Source: Dubosiella newyorkensis (GTDB lineage Bacteria; Bacillota_I; Bacilli_A; Erysipelotrichales; Erysipelotrichaceae). Taken from it: DNA of 32,000 bases. Both the position numbers and the translations under genes were made by a program. Where the stretch lies: positions 60,001 to 92,000 of the forward strand of contig NZ_MPKA01000067.1 of NCBI RefSeq assembly GCF_001945605.1, read 5' to 3'. Positions 1-7,623 of this stretch are shown in pieces. Each line of letters opens with the position of its first letter. Within the stretch, counting starts at the first letter, position 1. The notes beneath the pieces are model-generated. The model was not told where the DNA came from and ran no database searches. It saw only the letters and a program-made list of their open reading frames with translations.

Positions 1-561
1 CAGTGCCTCGATGCCTGTCGCCTTCGAATGCGGCCAAGCGACCACATCCACGAACGTACCATTTCGAAACGTGCTGCAGTTCACGTTTTTCGCATGGATC
101 TTTTCTAAGATCGACTTCGCCTCTTCTTCGCTCTCTCTTTCGATCGACACTTGCAAGATCGGCTCATTGATCTGCTCGACAGAAGAGAGGATCACCGTCT
201 TTTTGGCCACGTTTTTGGCCGCCCACGAATTCGGATCCGCAAAAAAGTGTTCCATGCCGACAACTACCATCCCTTGGATGTCCGCAATCTCGATCAATTG
301 CTCCAAAACCATTTTCGAAAGCGTATCTTCAAACAACACTTCCTCTTTCGAGAGCGCCACGCTCGCTCCCGAAGAAGCGATCACAAAATCAAAATGCAGA
401 TCGTTGGTCTGCAGATCCCATAAATTCCTCAAAGGTCTCCCCGAACACAATCCAAACTTATTTCCTTCCTTCTGAAACCTTTTGATCGCTTCTAGATCCT
501 TTGGATGATAACCATCCTCAAAATGAAGCGTTCCATCGTAATCACTTGCCAAAATCTTCAT
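1..561 (-). CDS. HAD-superfamily hydrolase, Cof/HAD-IIB type (partial; C-terminus runs off the left edge)
   Basis: Absent from the ORF track because it is open at the window edge. Reverse-strand reading from ATG at 561 (AAGGAGG 6 nt upstream) gives MKILASDYDGTLHFEDGYHPKDLEAIKRFQKEGNKFGLCSGRP..., with HAD motif I DxDGT and no stop codon down to base 1. Confidence 0.75.
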   Translation of the reverse strand, partial: MKILASDYDGTLHFEDGYHPKDLEAIKRFQKEGNKFGLCSGRPLRNLWDLQTNDLHFDFVIASSGASVALSKEEVLFEDTLSKMVLEQLIEIADIQGMVVVGMEHFFADPNSWAAKNVAKKTVILSSVEQINEPILQVSIERESEEEAKSILEKIHAKNVNCSTFRNGTFVDVVAWPHSKATGIEAL

Positions 562-613
562 AACGTCCTCCTTGGTCCCCTTCCATTGTCCCACGCCTAC
601 TCAAAAAGACAAG

Positions 614-639
614 AAAAAAAGCTAGTCGATCGACTAGCT
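614..639 (-). terminator. Rho-independent terminator of the mtl-like operon
   Basis: Perfect 20-bp palindrome AGCTAGTCGATCGACTAGCT (620-639) containing the dehydrogenase stop codon. It is followed on the minus strand by a T7 run. Confidence 0.8.
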
Positions 640-1884
640 AAAATGCTCCAACAACATTTTTTCGGCCTCGCTGGACCACAATCCTTTATTCGCTTTGCAT
701 ACCGCATCCAATTCCTTAAAGAACGGATCGCTTTCTCCAAGCTTTCCAAAATCCTCGATCGCAGTCATCGGCATATTGATATGCGTGTAGACCAGCTTTT
801 TTCCACCCGGGACATTTGGAAGATCCTTCGTCGTTTCAACGACCGAATCGAGTCCTCCAACATGCGTGATCATGACCGCCGAATTGATCAGACCCGCGTT
901 GTTTTTGTCGATCGCCTCTTTCATATCATCGATCGTTCCACCGGTGCTGCCAATGATCTTGCTGCGCGAATAATGACAATCGTACAAATTGACGTTGGCA
1001 GAGAATTTAGGATCCGTCGGCCCCGCGAACAAATTCATGCATCCATCATAGGCCATGATCTGGTTACCGATCTCGCAAACCCCTTGATTCGGAATATACA
1101 CGAACACATCGTCGTAGCCTTTCCCTTCGCTCAGTTCCATAAGCCCTTTGACTTGGTCGTCCATTTTCGAAGTATTGACATAAATCAGCTCGACTCCATG
1201 TTCTTTCGCCTCTTCTTCCGAAATGACTTCCCGCGCCCGCTCGATCCTTTCATCGTTGATCTCCGTAACAACGATTCGCTTCGGCTTGTTTTCATACGTC
1301 AATCCATACGAGATCGCGCCTAGTCCCATCGGGCCGCATCCACCAAGAATGATTAGATTTCCATCTTTTTTCGTTCCCATGATGTGCTGATATCCTCCAG
1401 GCTTTGTATGATAATTCGTATGATAACCACCAATACAGCACGATACTGGCTCAGCCACCGAACTTGCGAAATAAGAATCGCCATCAAACGTCCAGACACA
1501 ACCAGCCTCTAAAATATCGTTTGGAAAAATACAATATTCTGTATCGCCCCCGCACCATTCATATGAATACCCTGGCGACTCCATTTGGCCAGGAATGGCG
1601 GGCTGCTGCGCGAACTTTTGGCCCGGCTTGAACGTGTCCTGCCACTTTTTCCCTACTTTCACGATATCTCCCGCAAATTCGTGACCGATGATGATCGGAT
1701 GCTCTTTGACATCGTTAGGCACACGCTTATGCTTTTCCCCTTGCTTGACCGTTTTCCAAGTCGACATGCAAATCGAATCGGAAACGACCTTGACTAAAAT
1801 TTCATCGTCCTTGATTTCAGGAAGCTCAAATGTATCGAGGCGAATATCATCCACCCCATATAAACGGACTGCTCTAGTTTTCAT
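634..1884 (-). CDS. Zinc-dependent medium-chain dehydrogenase, L-sorbose-1-phosphate reductase (SorE)-like
   Basis: 416-aa ORF. It has the MDR zinc-ADH signatures (SDSICMSTWK Cys, GHEFAGDIVKVG) and a Rossmann GGCGPMGLG motif. Length and layout resemble ~410-aa SorE-type ketose-1-phosphate reductases. SD GAGAGGG; start lies 5 bp after the fruK-like stop. Confidence 0.7.
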   Translation of the reverse strand: MKTRAVRLYGVDDIRLDTFELPEIKDDEILVKVVSDSICMSTWKTVKQGEKHKRVPNDVKEHPIIIGHEFAGDIVKVGKKWQDTFKPGQKFAQQPAIPGQMESPGYSYEWCGGDTEYCIFPNDILEAGCVWTFDGDSYFASSVAEPVSCCIGGYHTNYHTKPGGYQHIMGTKKDGNLIILGGCGPMGLGAISYGLTYENKPKRIVVTEINDERIERAREVISEEEAKEHGVELIYVNTSKMDDQVKGLMELSEGKGYDDVFVYIPNQGVCEIGNQIMAYDGCMNLFAGPTDPKFSANVNLYDCHYSRSKIIGSTGGTIDDMKEAIDKNNAGLINSAVMITHVGGLDSVVETTKDLPNVPGGKKLVYTHINMPMTAIEDFGKLGESDPFFKELDAVCKANKGLWSSEAEKMLLEHFS

Positions 1885-1889
1885 TTCGA

Positions 1890-2825
1890 TTACCCTCTCA
1901 TTCTTTCTATTTGTACAAGATCCTTCAGATCTTCGATCACTTCAAGCCTCGCGGGCTGCGTGCCCTCAGTCGTGCAAGCGCCCGCGCTTGTTGCCATGCA
2001 TAGGATCGCCAGCTCTTCTAAAGAAAGCTTATTTTCCAATCCAAGCGCCATCGCCGCCACCATCGCATCGCCCGCGCCCACGCTCGATTTCAAATCGATC
2101 GGCAACACAGGACAATACAAGAAAGCTTCTTCGCTTAAAAACAGCGCGCCTTCGCCCCCCATGCTGATGACGACAAGACGTGTTTGATCATTCAACAACT
2201 TTTCGCCAAGCATAACTGTATCTTCTAAACTTTCCGGCTCTCTCACCCCAAAATATTGAGCCAGCTCAAAGCGGTTTGGCTTGATCGCGTATGGCTTAGC
2301 CTGGATCCCTTCCTTGAAAAGCTCTCCATCCGCATCGAGAAGCACCCGGATCCCGCTTTCCCTGAGTGAAGCGATCATCTCTTTATAGATCTTATTTTCT
2401 ACGCCTGGCGATACGTTGCCCGACAAGACCACATACGAAGAAGGATCAGCTTTCTTCTTGATCAGCTCGACTAGCGCTTGCACATCCTCCATCTCTACAT
2501 AAGGTCCCGGCTCATTGAGTTCGGTCAATTCCATCTTGGCATTGAGCACCTTCAAATTCGTCCGGGTGTTTCCCTCGACCCACACAAATTCATTCTCGAT
2601 GCCAAGATGATCCAAACTATCTTCGATGACGCGTCCGCTCGAACCTGCTAAAAATCCAGTCGCAAAGCTATTCGAGCCAAGCGCTAACAGCGTTTTCGAA
2701 ACATTCACTCCCTTGCCGCCCGCGTCTTGTCGCACATCGCGCAGCCGATTCAGACCTCCGACCACAAGTGTATCCACAAGAGCGGTCTTATCGATCGCTG
2801 GATTGAACGTGACCGTGACGATCAT
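1890..2825 (-). CDS. fruK: 1-phosphofructokinase / PfkB-family ketohexose-phosphate kinase
   Basis: 311 aa. N-terminus MIVTVTFNPAIDKT...GGKGVNVS and C-terminal GAGDAMVAA are typical of FruK/LacC-type PfkB kinases. The start overlaps the mtlF stop (ATGA). Confidence 0.8.
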   Translation of the reverse strand: MIVTVTFNPAIDKTALVDTLVVGGLNRLRDVRQDAGGKGVNVSKTLLALGSNSFATGFLAGSSGRVIEDSLDHLGIENEFVWVEGNTRTNLKVLNAKMELTELNEPGPYVEMEDVQALVELIKKKADPSSYVVLSGNVSPGVENKIYKEMIASLRESGIRVLLDADGELFKEGIQAKPYAIKPNRFELAQYFGVREPESLEDTVMLGEKLLNDQTRLVVISMGGEGALFLSEEAFLYCPVLPIDLKSSVGAGDAMVAAMALGLENKLSLEELAILCMATSAGACTTEGTQPARLEVIEDLKDLVQIERMRG

Positions 2826-3286
2826 GCTGCTTCTCCTGTAAGAACACGATAGATCAAGTCTGGATCGCCTTGGACCACTTGCTCTACGACATCCATATCG
2901 CCTAGCTTTTCCGCGATATTTTGAAGGATCGCTACATGCTCGTCAGTCGTTGCGGCGATTCCGATCACGATGCGTACAGTTCCGCCACCCCACGCGATCC
3001 CTTCCGGATAAATATCGACCGCAAGCCCCGTCTTTTTGACATAATCTTTGACTTCATATTCGCCATGGGGAATGGCGATATCGTTTCCAATATAGGTCGT
3101 CAAAGAATGATCGCGGTTGAGCATTCCTTGAATATAAGGCTCTTCAATATAGCCAGCGTTGCGCAAGACCGTTCCGATCGAGACGATCGCCGAGTCACTG
3201 CTGTCGGCTTTTTGATTCACGCGGATATTTTCGATTTTTAAGATTTGCGGTTTCTCTTCTTTTTTCTTTCTTTTAAATAGTGCCAT
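2822..3286 (-). CDS. mtlF: PTS EIIA component, mannitol/fructose type (PTS_EIIA_2)
   Basis: 154 aa. Contains the phosphorylatable His motif GNDIAIPHG. Sits inside the mtlA-mtlR operon. Confidence 0.85.
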   Translation of the reverse strand: MALFKRKKKEEKPQILKIENIRVNQKADSSDSAIVSIGTVLRNAGYIEEPYIQGMLNRDHSLTTYIGNDIAIPHGEYEVKDYVKKTGLAVDIYPEGIAWGGGTVRIVIGIAATTDEHVAILQNIAEKLGDMDVVEQVVQGDPDLIYRVLTGEAA

Positions 3287-3306
3287 GTTTTTTTCCTTTT
3301 CTCTTT

Positions 3307-5349
3307 CTATGCGAAGGATTCTGTCTGAAGCATTTCCAAATACAAATTGGACAGCACGGAGACGATCCTTCTTTCCTCTTGAGCCAAGACCGCTTGTTTC
3401 AGTTCGGTTGACTCCATCATATTGATCGTGATCAAAGACAGAAGCTTTTGTTCATACATTGCATGCGCCTTAGGCAACAATAAGACAACGACAGCCTCGA
3501 TCTTAGGATACTTTGTGAATTTTCCTTCTTTTGGCCAAATAAATTGCGCTTGCGCGCTCTTGACGCCTTCGCTTGTGGCGTGAAGCAAGCCAAAATGGAG
3601 CTCATCTATGAACAAAGAGCCGATCTCTTCTCTTTTTTTGAGGGCCTCCTCGATCATGGACTGGTTTCCGAGCGCTAACACACTGGCTTCTCCGATCATA
3701 TCTTCCACCGAAGCGTCTGGATCGATGTGAGCGAACACTAAATTGTTCAAGATCCCCAACATTTGCTGGCTGCATTGCTGGATCGAAGCGATCTTTTGTT
3801 GGTGATCGACGCTTTGATCCGCTGATCGCGCGATCGGCAGATCCGCTATGATTTCACGAATCGTGTCGATATCTTGCGCGGAGAGGAGCGGATTGACCTT
3901 GATTACCGGCAAACGAGTCGATTGAAGCTCGAAAGTCGTGATGATCAAATCGAGCCCTTCAAAATCTTGTTGATAATATTGTTCTAAAGAGAGTGTCTTA
4001 AATTTGATGCGATTTTGAAATACCGACTGTAGGCGAGCGACCAGCAAGGCCGAAACGCCGACCCCAGAAGCGCACACGACTCCGGCTTGGACCTTTGTTC
4101 GACGGGCTTCGATCCGCCTTCTCTCTAGGCTGGCGCCAATGTGCATCGTCATAAAACCAATTTCTGCCTCAGAGATCGACAAATCGATCTTCGCTTCTAA
4201 TTTTTTAGCGGCTTTTTTTGTGTCCGCATACAAGCTCGGGTATTGTTCTTGGATCTTCTCAAGAAGCGGATTATAGATCGGAAGCGCATATTGAAGGCGG
4301 ATAAGCGTTGGCTGCAAATGCGTGATGAAGCCTTGCATGAATTGAGGATCCATTTTGAGCGAAGAGCGGATCGGCAAAGGCAGCTGCTCGATCAAAAAGA
4401 AAGCGAGCTCATCGATTTGTTTATTATCATTCGTATTTTGTGGATTGGCGCTTTTGGAGCCCAGCAAATGCATGGCGATAAAAGTCGTCTCGGCTTGCGG
4501 GATCTGGATCAAAAACGTCTCCTCGAGCTTTTGGCTGATCTTTTGGGCTTGTTCCATCGCTGAAGTCTTGGCGATCGAAGCATAGAGCGCAGGATCGGAA
4601 ACGATCTCTTCTCCTTTTTGGATACGCTCGATGGCTACGACAAGATGAATGATCAAGCCAATGTAGGCGCTTTGGGCGTATTGATCGAGATGCAGCGTTT
4701 TATATTCGTTCGTAAACAGATCCAAGACTTCATCAAGGATCGTTTGGTTCAAAAGCTTCAAGATCCCTTCGTTGCTGGAGGCGAAAATTTCTTTTTGCAG
4801 CGCTTGCGGATCTAAGGAGTCGACATCGTTTTGAAAGTTTTCAAGTGTATTATGAACGATGGCGCTCATCGCCCTCCGCCTATTTTCTTCGCTCCCAAGA
4901 ACTTGAATCTTATTTTTATGGGTGCGATCGAGCTTTAGATCGTATCGAGCCAAAAGCGGCTCGATCGCTTCTAGATCTTTCGAAACCGTCGTTTCCGAGA
5001 CTTCAAATAGATTTCCATAATAGACGAGCTTCTTCACTTCAGGAAAGCGGAGCAGCTCGAAGGCGAGATACTTCTGCCGTTCCTCTTTATGAAAGTAAGG
5101 GATCGATTCAGCCTCTAGATCATCAAGAAGAGCTCGCTTATCTTCCTCTTTTCCTTCTAGGCGGATCCCTTTCCCCGCTTTGCTTGCAAGAGAAAGACGA
5201 TAGCGCTTGAGATCGACATTCTGCAATTCACGAAAGATCGTCCTCCTCGAAGTTTTGAGACGTTTCGCCAAAGCATCGATCGAAACATAGTCTGGATCCT
5301 GTTCTAAGCAGATCTTCAAGATTTGCTTGAACCGATTGGAATACAGCAT
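3307..5349 (-). CDS. mtlR: MtlR-type PRD-containing transcriptional activator (HTH-Mga-PRD-PRD-EIIB(Gat)-like-EIIA(Mtl)-like)
   Basis: 680 aa. N-terminal HTH (DALAKRLKTSRRTIFRELQ), an EIIB-like Cys motif (GVVCASGVGVSALLVARL) and a C-terminal EIIA-like segment (HFGLLHATSEG). Position between mtlA and mtlF matches Firmicute mtl operons. Confidence 0.85.
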   Translation of the reverse strand: MLYSNRFKQILKICLEQDPDYVSIDALAKRLKTSRRTIFRELQNVDLKRYRLSLASKAGKGIRLEGKEEDKRALLDDLEAESIPYFHKEERQKYLAFELLRFPEVKKLVYYGNLFEVSETTVSKDLEAIEPLLARYDLKLDRTHKNKIQVLGSEENRRRAMSAIVHNTLENFQNDVDSLDPQALQKEIFASSNEGILKLLNQTILDEVLDLFTNEYKTLHLDQYAQSAYIGLIIHLVVAIERIQKGEEIVSDPALYASIAKTSAMEQAQKISQKLEETFLIQIPQAETTFIAMHLLGSKSANPQNTNDNKQIDELAFFLIEQLPLPIRSSLKMDPQFMQGFITHLQPTLIRLQYALPIYNPLLEKIQEQYPSLYADTKKAAKKLEAKIDLSISEAEIGFMTMHIGASLERRRIEARRTKVQAGVVCASGVGVSALLVARLQSVFQNRIKFKTLSLEQYYQQDFEGLDLIITTFELQSTRLPVIKVNPLLSAQDIDTIREIIADLPIARSADQSVDHQQKIASIQQCSQQMLGILNNLVFAHIDPDASVEDMIGEASVLALGNQSMIEEALKKREEIGSLFIDELHFGLLHATSEGVKSAQAQFIWPKEGKFTKYPKIEAVVVLLLPKAHAMYEQKLLSLITINMMESTELKQAVLAQEERRIVSVLSNLYLEMLQTESFA

Positions 5350-5355
5350 TTTCCC

Positions 5356-6729
5356 TTAAGCTCCACAAAGATCATGCACGATCTGATCGTATTCGCTGCT
5401 GGCCATAAAGTTTTGGATCGGATAGATCTTCGCTTGCGGGCAGCGCGCTTTCGCTCGTTCGACAAGCGAGTTCTGGGTCACGATGATTTGCGTGTCGAGA
5501 GGCACTTCATTTAACGCGGAATGTGGCACTGTGATATCGATGCCCGCCGCTTTGAGTTTTTTCGTCAAGTTGGCGGCTCCCATCGCGCTCGAGCCCATGC
5601 CTGCATCGCATGCGAAGACGATCTTGAGATCGGCTGGCACGAAAGAGGAAGCTGCAGGAGCGAGTCCTTTGGAGGCTTGCTTGCTGGCGTTCACTTTCGC
5701 TTGAGCTTCTTGTAAGTTGCCTTCTTTCGCAAACACTTTCAACAAGATGGCGTTGACTGCAAACGAGACAGCAGCAGCCACAAGGATCGAAAGCAAGATG
5801 CCTAGATAACTGTCTTTCGCGCACATGCCAAGAATAGCGATGATCGAGCCTGGCGAAGCGGCCGAGACCAATCCAGAGTGGAAGAGCGTGTTGATGAAGA
5901 CACCGCTCATGCCTCCGAGAATGACTCCGACCAAAGTGATCGGATTCATGAGCACGAATGGAAAATAGATTTCATGAATACCACCGAAAAATTCGATGAT
6001 CATCGCCGAAAGCGACGATTCTTTGACTTCTCCTTTTCCAAAAAAGAAATACGCGAGCAACAAACCTAAGCCCGGTCCCGGGTTGGCTTCGATCATAAAG
6101 AAGATCGATTTTCCTGTTTCTTGGACTTGTTCCATGCCAAGAGGAGTAAAGATGCCGTGATTGAGGGCATTGTTCAAAAACAAGATCTTGGCTGGCTCGA
6201 CTAAGATCGAAGTCAAAGGAAGCAATGAATGCTCTACAAGCCAATTGACACCGTACGAAAGAGCCGAAGTGATCGCCACACAAGCGGGCTCGATCAATAG
6301 ACAGCCAACGCAGGCGAGTATCGCGCCAAGGATGCCGGCTGAAAAGTTGTTGACGAGCATTTCGAATCCACTTGGGATGTGTCCATCCAAGAGGGTGTCG
6401 ACTTTTTTCATCAAATAGCCGCCGAGAGGTCCGGCGATCATGGCGCCGATAAACATCGGTGTTTCCGTTCCGGCGATGATCCCGATCGCAAAACACGCGC
6501 CAATAATACCGCCTCGATGTTCATAGATCATCTTTCCGCCAGAGTAGGCGATCAAGAGCGGAAGCAAAAAGCGTTGCATCGGAGCGACGATTTCGTTGAG
6601 GGTCGGATTTGGAAGCCATCCTTTTGGAATAAAAAGAGCGGTGATCAAACCCCAAGCGATAAAAATAGAAATGTTGGGCATGACCATGCTCGATAGAGCG
6701 CGGCCAAATTTTTGAACTTTTTCTTTCAT
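5356..6729 (-). CDS. mtlA: PTS mannitol-family EIICB permease
   Basis: 457 aa. Polytopic N-terminal EIIC (MKEKVQKFGRALSSMVMPNISIFIAWG...) and C-terminal EIIB with the active Cys motif IVFACDAGMGSSAMGA. Confidence 0.9.
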   Translation of the reverse strand: MKEKVQKFGRALSSMVMPNISIFIAWGLITALFIPKGWLPNPTLNEIVAPMQRFLLPLLIAYSGGKMIYEHRGGIIGACFAIGIIAGTETPMFIGAMIAGPLGGYLMKKVDTLLDGHIPSGFEMLVNNFSAGILGAILACVGCLLIEPACVAITSALSYGVNWLVEHSLLPLTSILVEPAKILFLNNALNHGIFTPLGMEQVQETGKSIFFMIEANPGPGLGLLLAYFFFGKGEVKESSLSAMIIEFFGGIHEIYFPFVLMNPITLVGVILGGMSGVFINTLFHSGLVSAASPGSIIAILGMCAKDSYLGILLSILVAAAVSFAVNAILLKVFAKEGNLQEAQAKVNASKQASKGLAPAASSFVPADLKIVFACDAGMGSSAMGAANLTKKLKAAGIDITVPHSALNEVPLDTQIIVTQNSLVERAKARCPQAKIYPIQNFMASSEYDQIVHDLCGA

Positions 6730-6809
6730 GATTCTTTCCTTTCTTGTTTGTTTTGTTGATTTAAGTATAAAAAAGTCTTCGTTTTTTTTCTATGTGGTCC
6801 GATTTTTAT

Positions 6810-6831
6810 TTGGCACACCGAGTTGTGTCAA
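6810..6831 (-). promoter_or_regulatory. Inverted repeat TTGACACA-N6-TGTGCCAA upstream of mtlA: candidate MtlR operator, overlapping a TTGACA -35-like hexamer
   Basis: Minus strand reads TTGACACAACTCGGTGTGCCAA, then ATAAAAAT. It resembles the TTGNCACA...TGTGNCAA dyad I recall for Bacillus MtlR sites. A TTGACA-17-TAAAAA promoter reading is also possible. Confidence 0.5.
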
Positions 6832-6863
6832 AGAATCAAAGAGAATGTCTTTTGGATCATGAC

Positions 6864-6902
6864 AAAAAAAATAAAGAGACAACGACGTTGTCTCTTTATT
6901 TT
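6864..6902. terminator. Hairpin terminator after the blaI-like gene (A-run and T-run on both sides)
   Basis: AAAGAGACAAC-GAC-GTTGTCTCTTT stem (6873-6897), flanked by an A-run on one side and a T-rich run on the other. Confidence 0.75.
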
Positions 6903-7267
6903 GATTCAAGTTCTGCTTTTCTTTCCTTGATCAAATCTTCCATTTGATTGAGCACTTCAAGGCTTGTGGCATGCTGGATGAAATTCGCTGCCAGCTCAAA
7001 GGAAGTGTCGCGTACTAAGAAGTTATCAAAGTACTCTGCTTGGCTAATGCATGGACTGAATTCACGAGTCAAAGCATTTTTGTTGTAGCCAAGACCAGCG
7101 ATTTCTATGAAATTCATAGATAAGAGTTTTCGAATAACGGCCTGTACTGTGTTTTTGCTGATGTGTGGGGCTTCCAAGCAAATATCATTGGATGACAATG
7201 GCTTATTCGATCTCCAAAAAATCTCCATGATTTCATTTTCACGTTTGGTTAAATGGGAAACTTTCAT
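6896..7267 (-). CDS. BlaI/MecI/CopY-family (penicillinase repressor) transcriptional regulator, orphan
   Basis: 123 aa. The winged-helix N-terminus (LTKRENEIMEIFW...NTVQAVIRKL) is typical of the family. SD AGAGAGG. No BlaR1/MecR1-type sensor gene is adjacent. GC is visibly lower than in flanking genes. Confidence 0.75.
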   Translation of the reverse strand: MKVSHLTKRENEIMEIFWRSNKPLSSNDICLEAPHISKNTVQAVIRKLLSMNFIEIAGLGYNKNALTREFSPCISQAEYFDNFLVRDTSFELAANFIQHATSLEVLNQMEDLIKERKAELESK

Positions 7268-7270
7268 TAC

Positions 7271-7330
7271 ATTGACCTCTCTTTATTTTTACAATTCTAT
7301 TATAAATTTTTCTGCAAAAAATTACAAGGA
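7271..7330 (-). promoter_or_regulatory. Promoter of the blaI-like gene with an imperfect dyad over the -10
   Basis: Minus strand TTGTAA-17 nt-TATAAT. The imperfect dyad TTTATAAT-AGA-ATTGTAAA spans the -10 and is a possible autoregulatory operator. Confidence 0.5.
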
Positions 7331-7572
7331 AATGATATATCGTTTCTTCATTTTTTTCGTTAAAATGAGCAATCTATGATTATAAGAACGAAAATCACTC
7401 TCGATTGTATGCATTCCTTGACTTATCTAAATACTTTAGGACTTGGATATATAAAAATTTAACAGAAACAAAAGTTCGTACGTACAAGAATCATGAAATT
7501 AAATTACGTTATTGCCCGTACCAACTTAATCAGTATAACACAAATATACTTAGGATACGATACTTTTTTGAC

Positions 7573-7586
7573 TGGAAACGTTTTCA
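7573..7586 (+). promoter_or_regulatory. cre-like / LacI-family-type operator upstream of kdgK
   Basis: TGGAAACGTTTTCA matches 13 of the 14 positions of the cre consensus TGWAANCGNTNWCA. It abuts a TTGACT hexamer (7568-7573), 38 nt upstream of the kdgK ATG. Confidence 0.55.
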
Positions 7587-7623
7587 AATGTCTATTTTTT
7601 ACAAAGTATGATAAGTTATTCTT

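Noticed and set aside
620-639. Perfect 20-bp palindrome AGCTAGTCGATCGACTAGCT, considered as a possible operator or restriction-related site
   Set aside because: It is followed by a T7 run on the coding strand and contains the stop codon of the last operon gene. An ordinary intrinsic terminator explains it fully.
505-1323. 272-aa plus-strand ORF, with similar long alternative-frame ORFs at 11-475 (+), 5972-6496 (-), 8172-8897 (+), 14300-14827 (-), 16618-17022 (-) and 21646-22041 (-)
   Set aside because: Each lies antisense to, or out of frame within, a gene with clear family motifs. Their translations are Arg/Ser/His-rich low-complexity strings with no SD. They are consistent with chance open frames in this composition.
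6811-6827. Sigma-54-like TGGCAC-N5-(G)TTG element on the plus strand
   Set aside because: No plus-strand gene lies downstream. The -12 element is off-register and not TTGC. The same bases are better explained as one half of the MtlR-type dyad on the minus strand.
6896-7623. Calling the low-GC patches (6896-7623 and 22819-24200) mobile elements or genomic islands
   Set aside because: I could see no integrase, transposase, flanking direct repeats or tRNA attachment site. Only the compositional contrast is supported, so they are reported as findings rather than as mobile_element features.
7268-7623. Small ORFs of 60-90 aa in the AT-rich gap (7107-7379, 7405-7611, 7493-7675)
   Set aside because: They have no SD and their composition is rich in Asn, Lys, Ile, Phe and Tyr, as expected from translating AT-rich DNA. 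They overlap each other and the flanking real genes.
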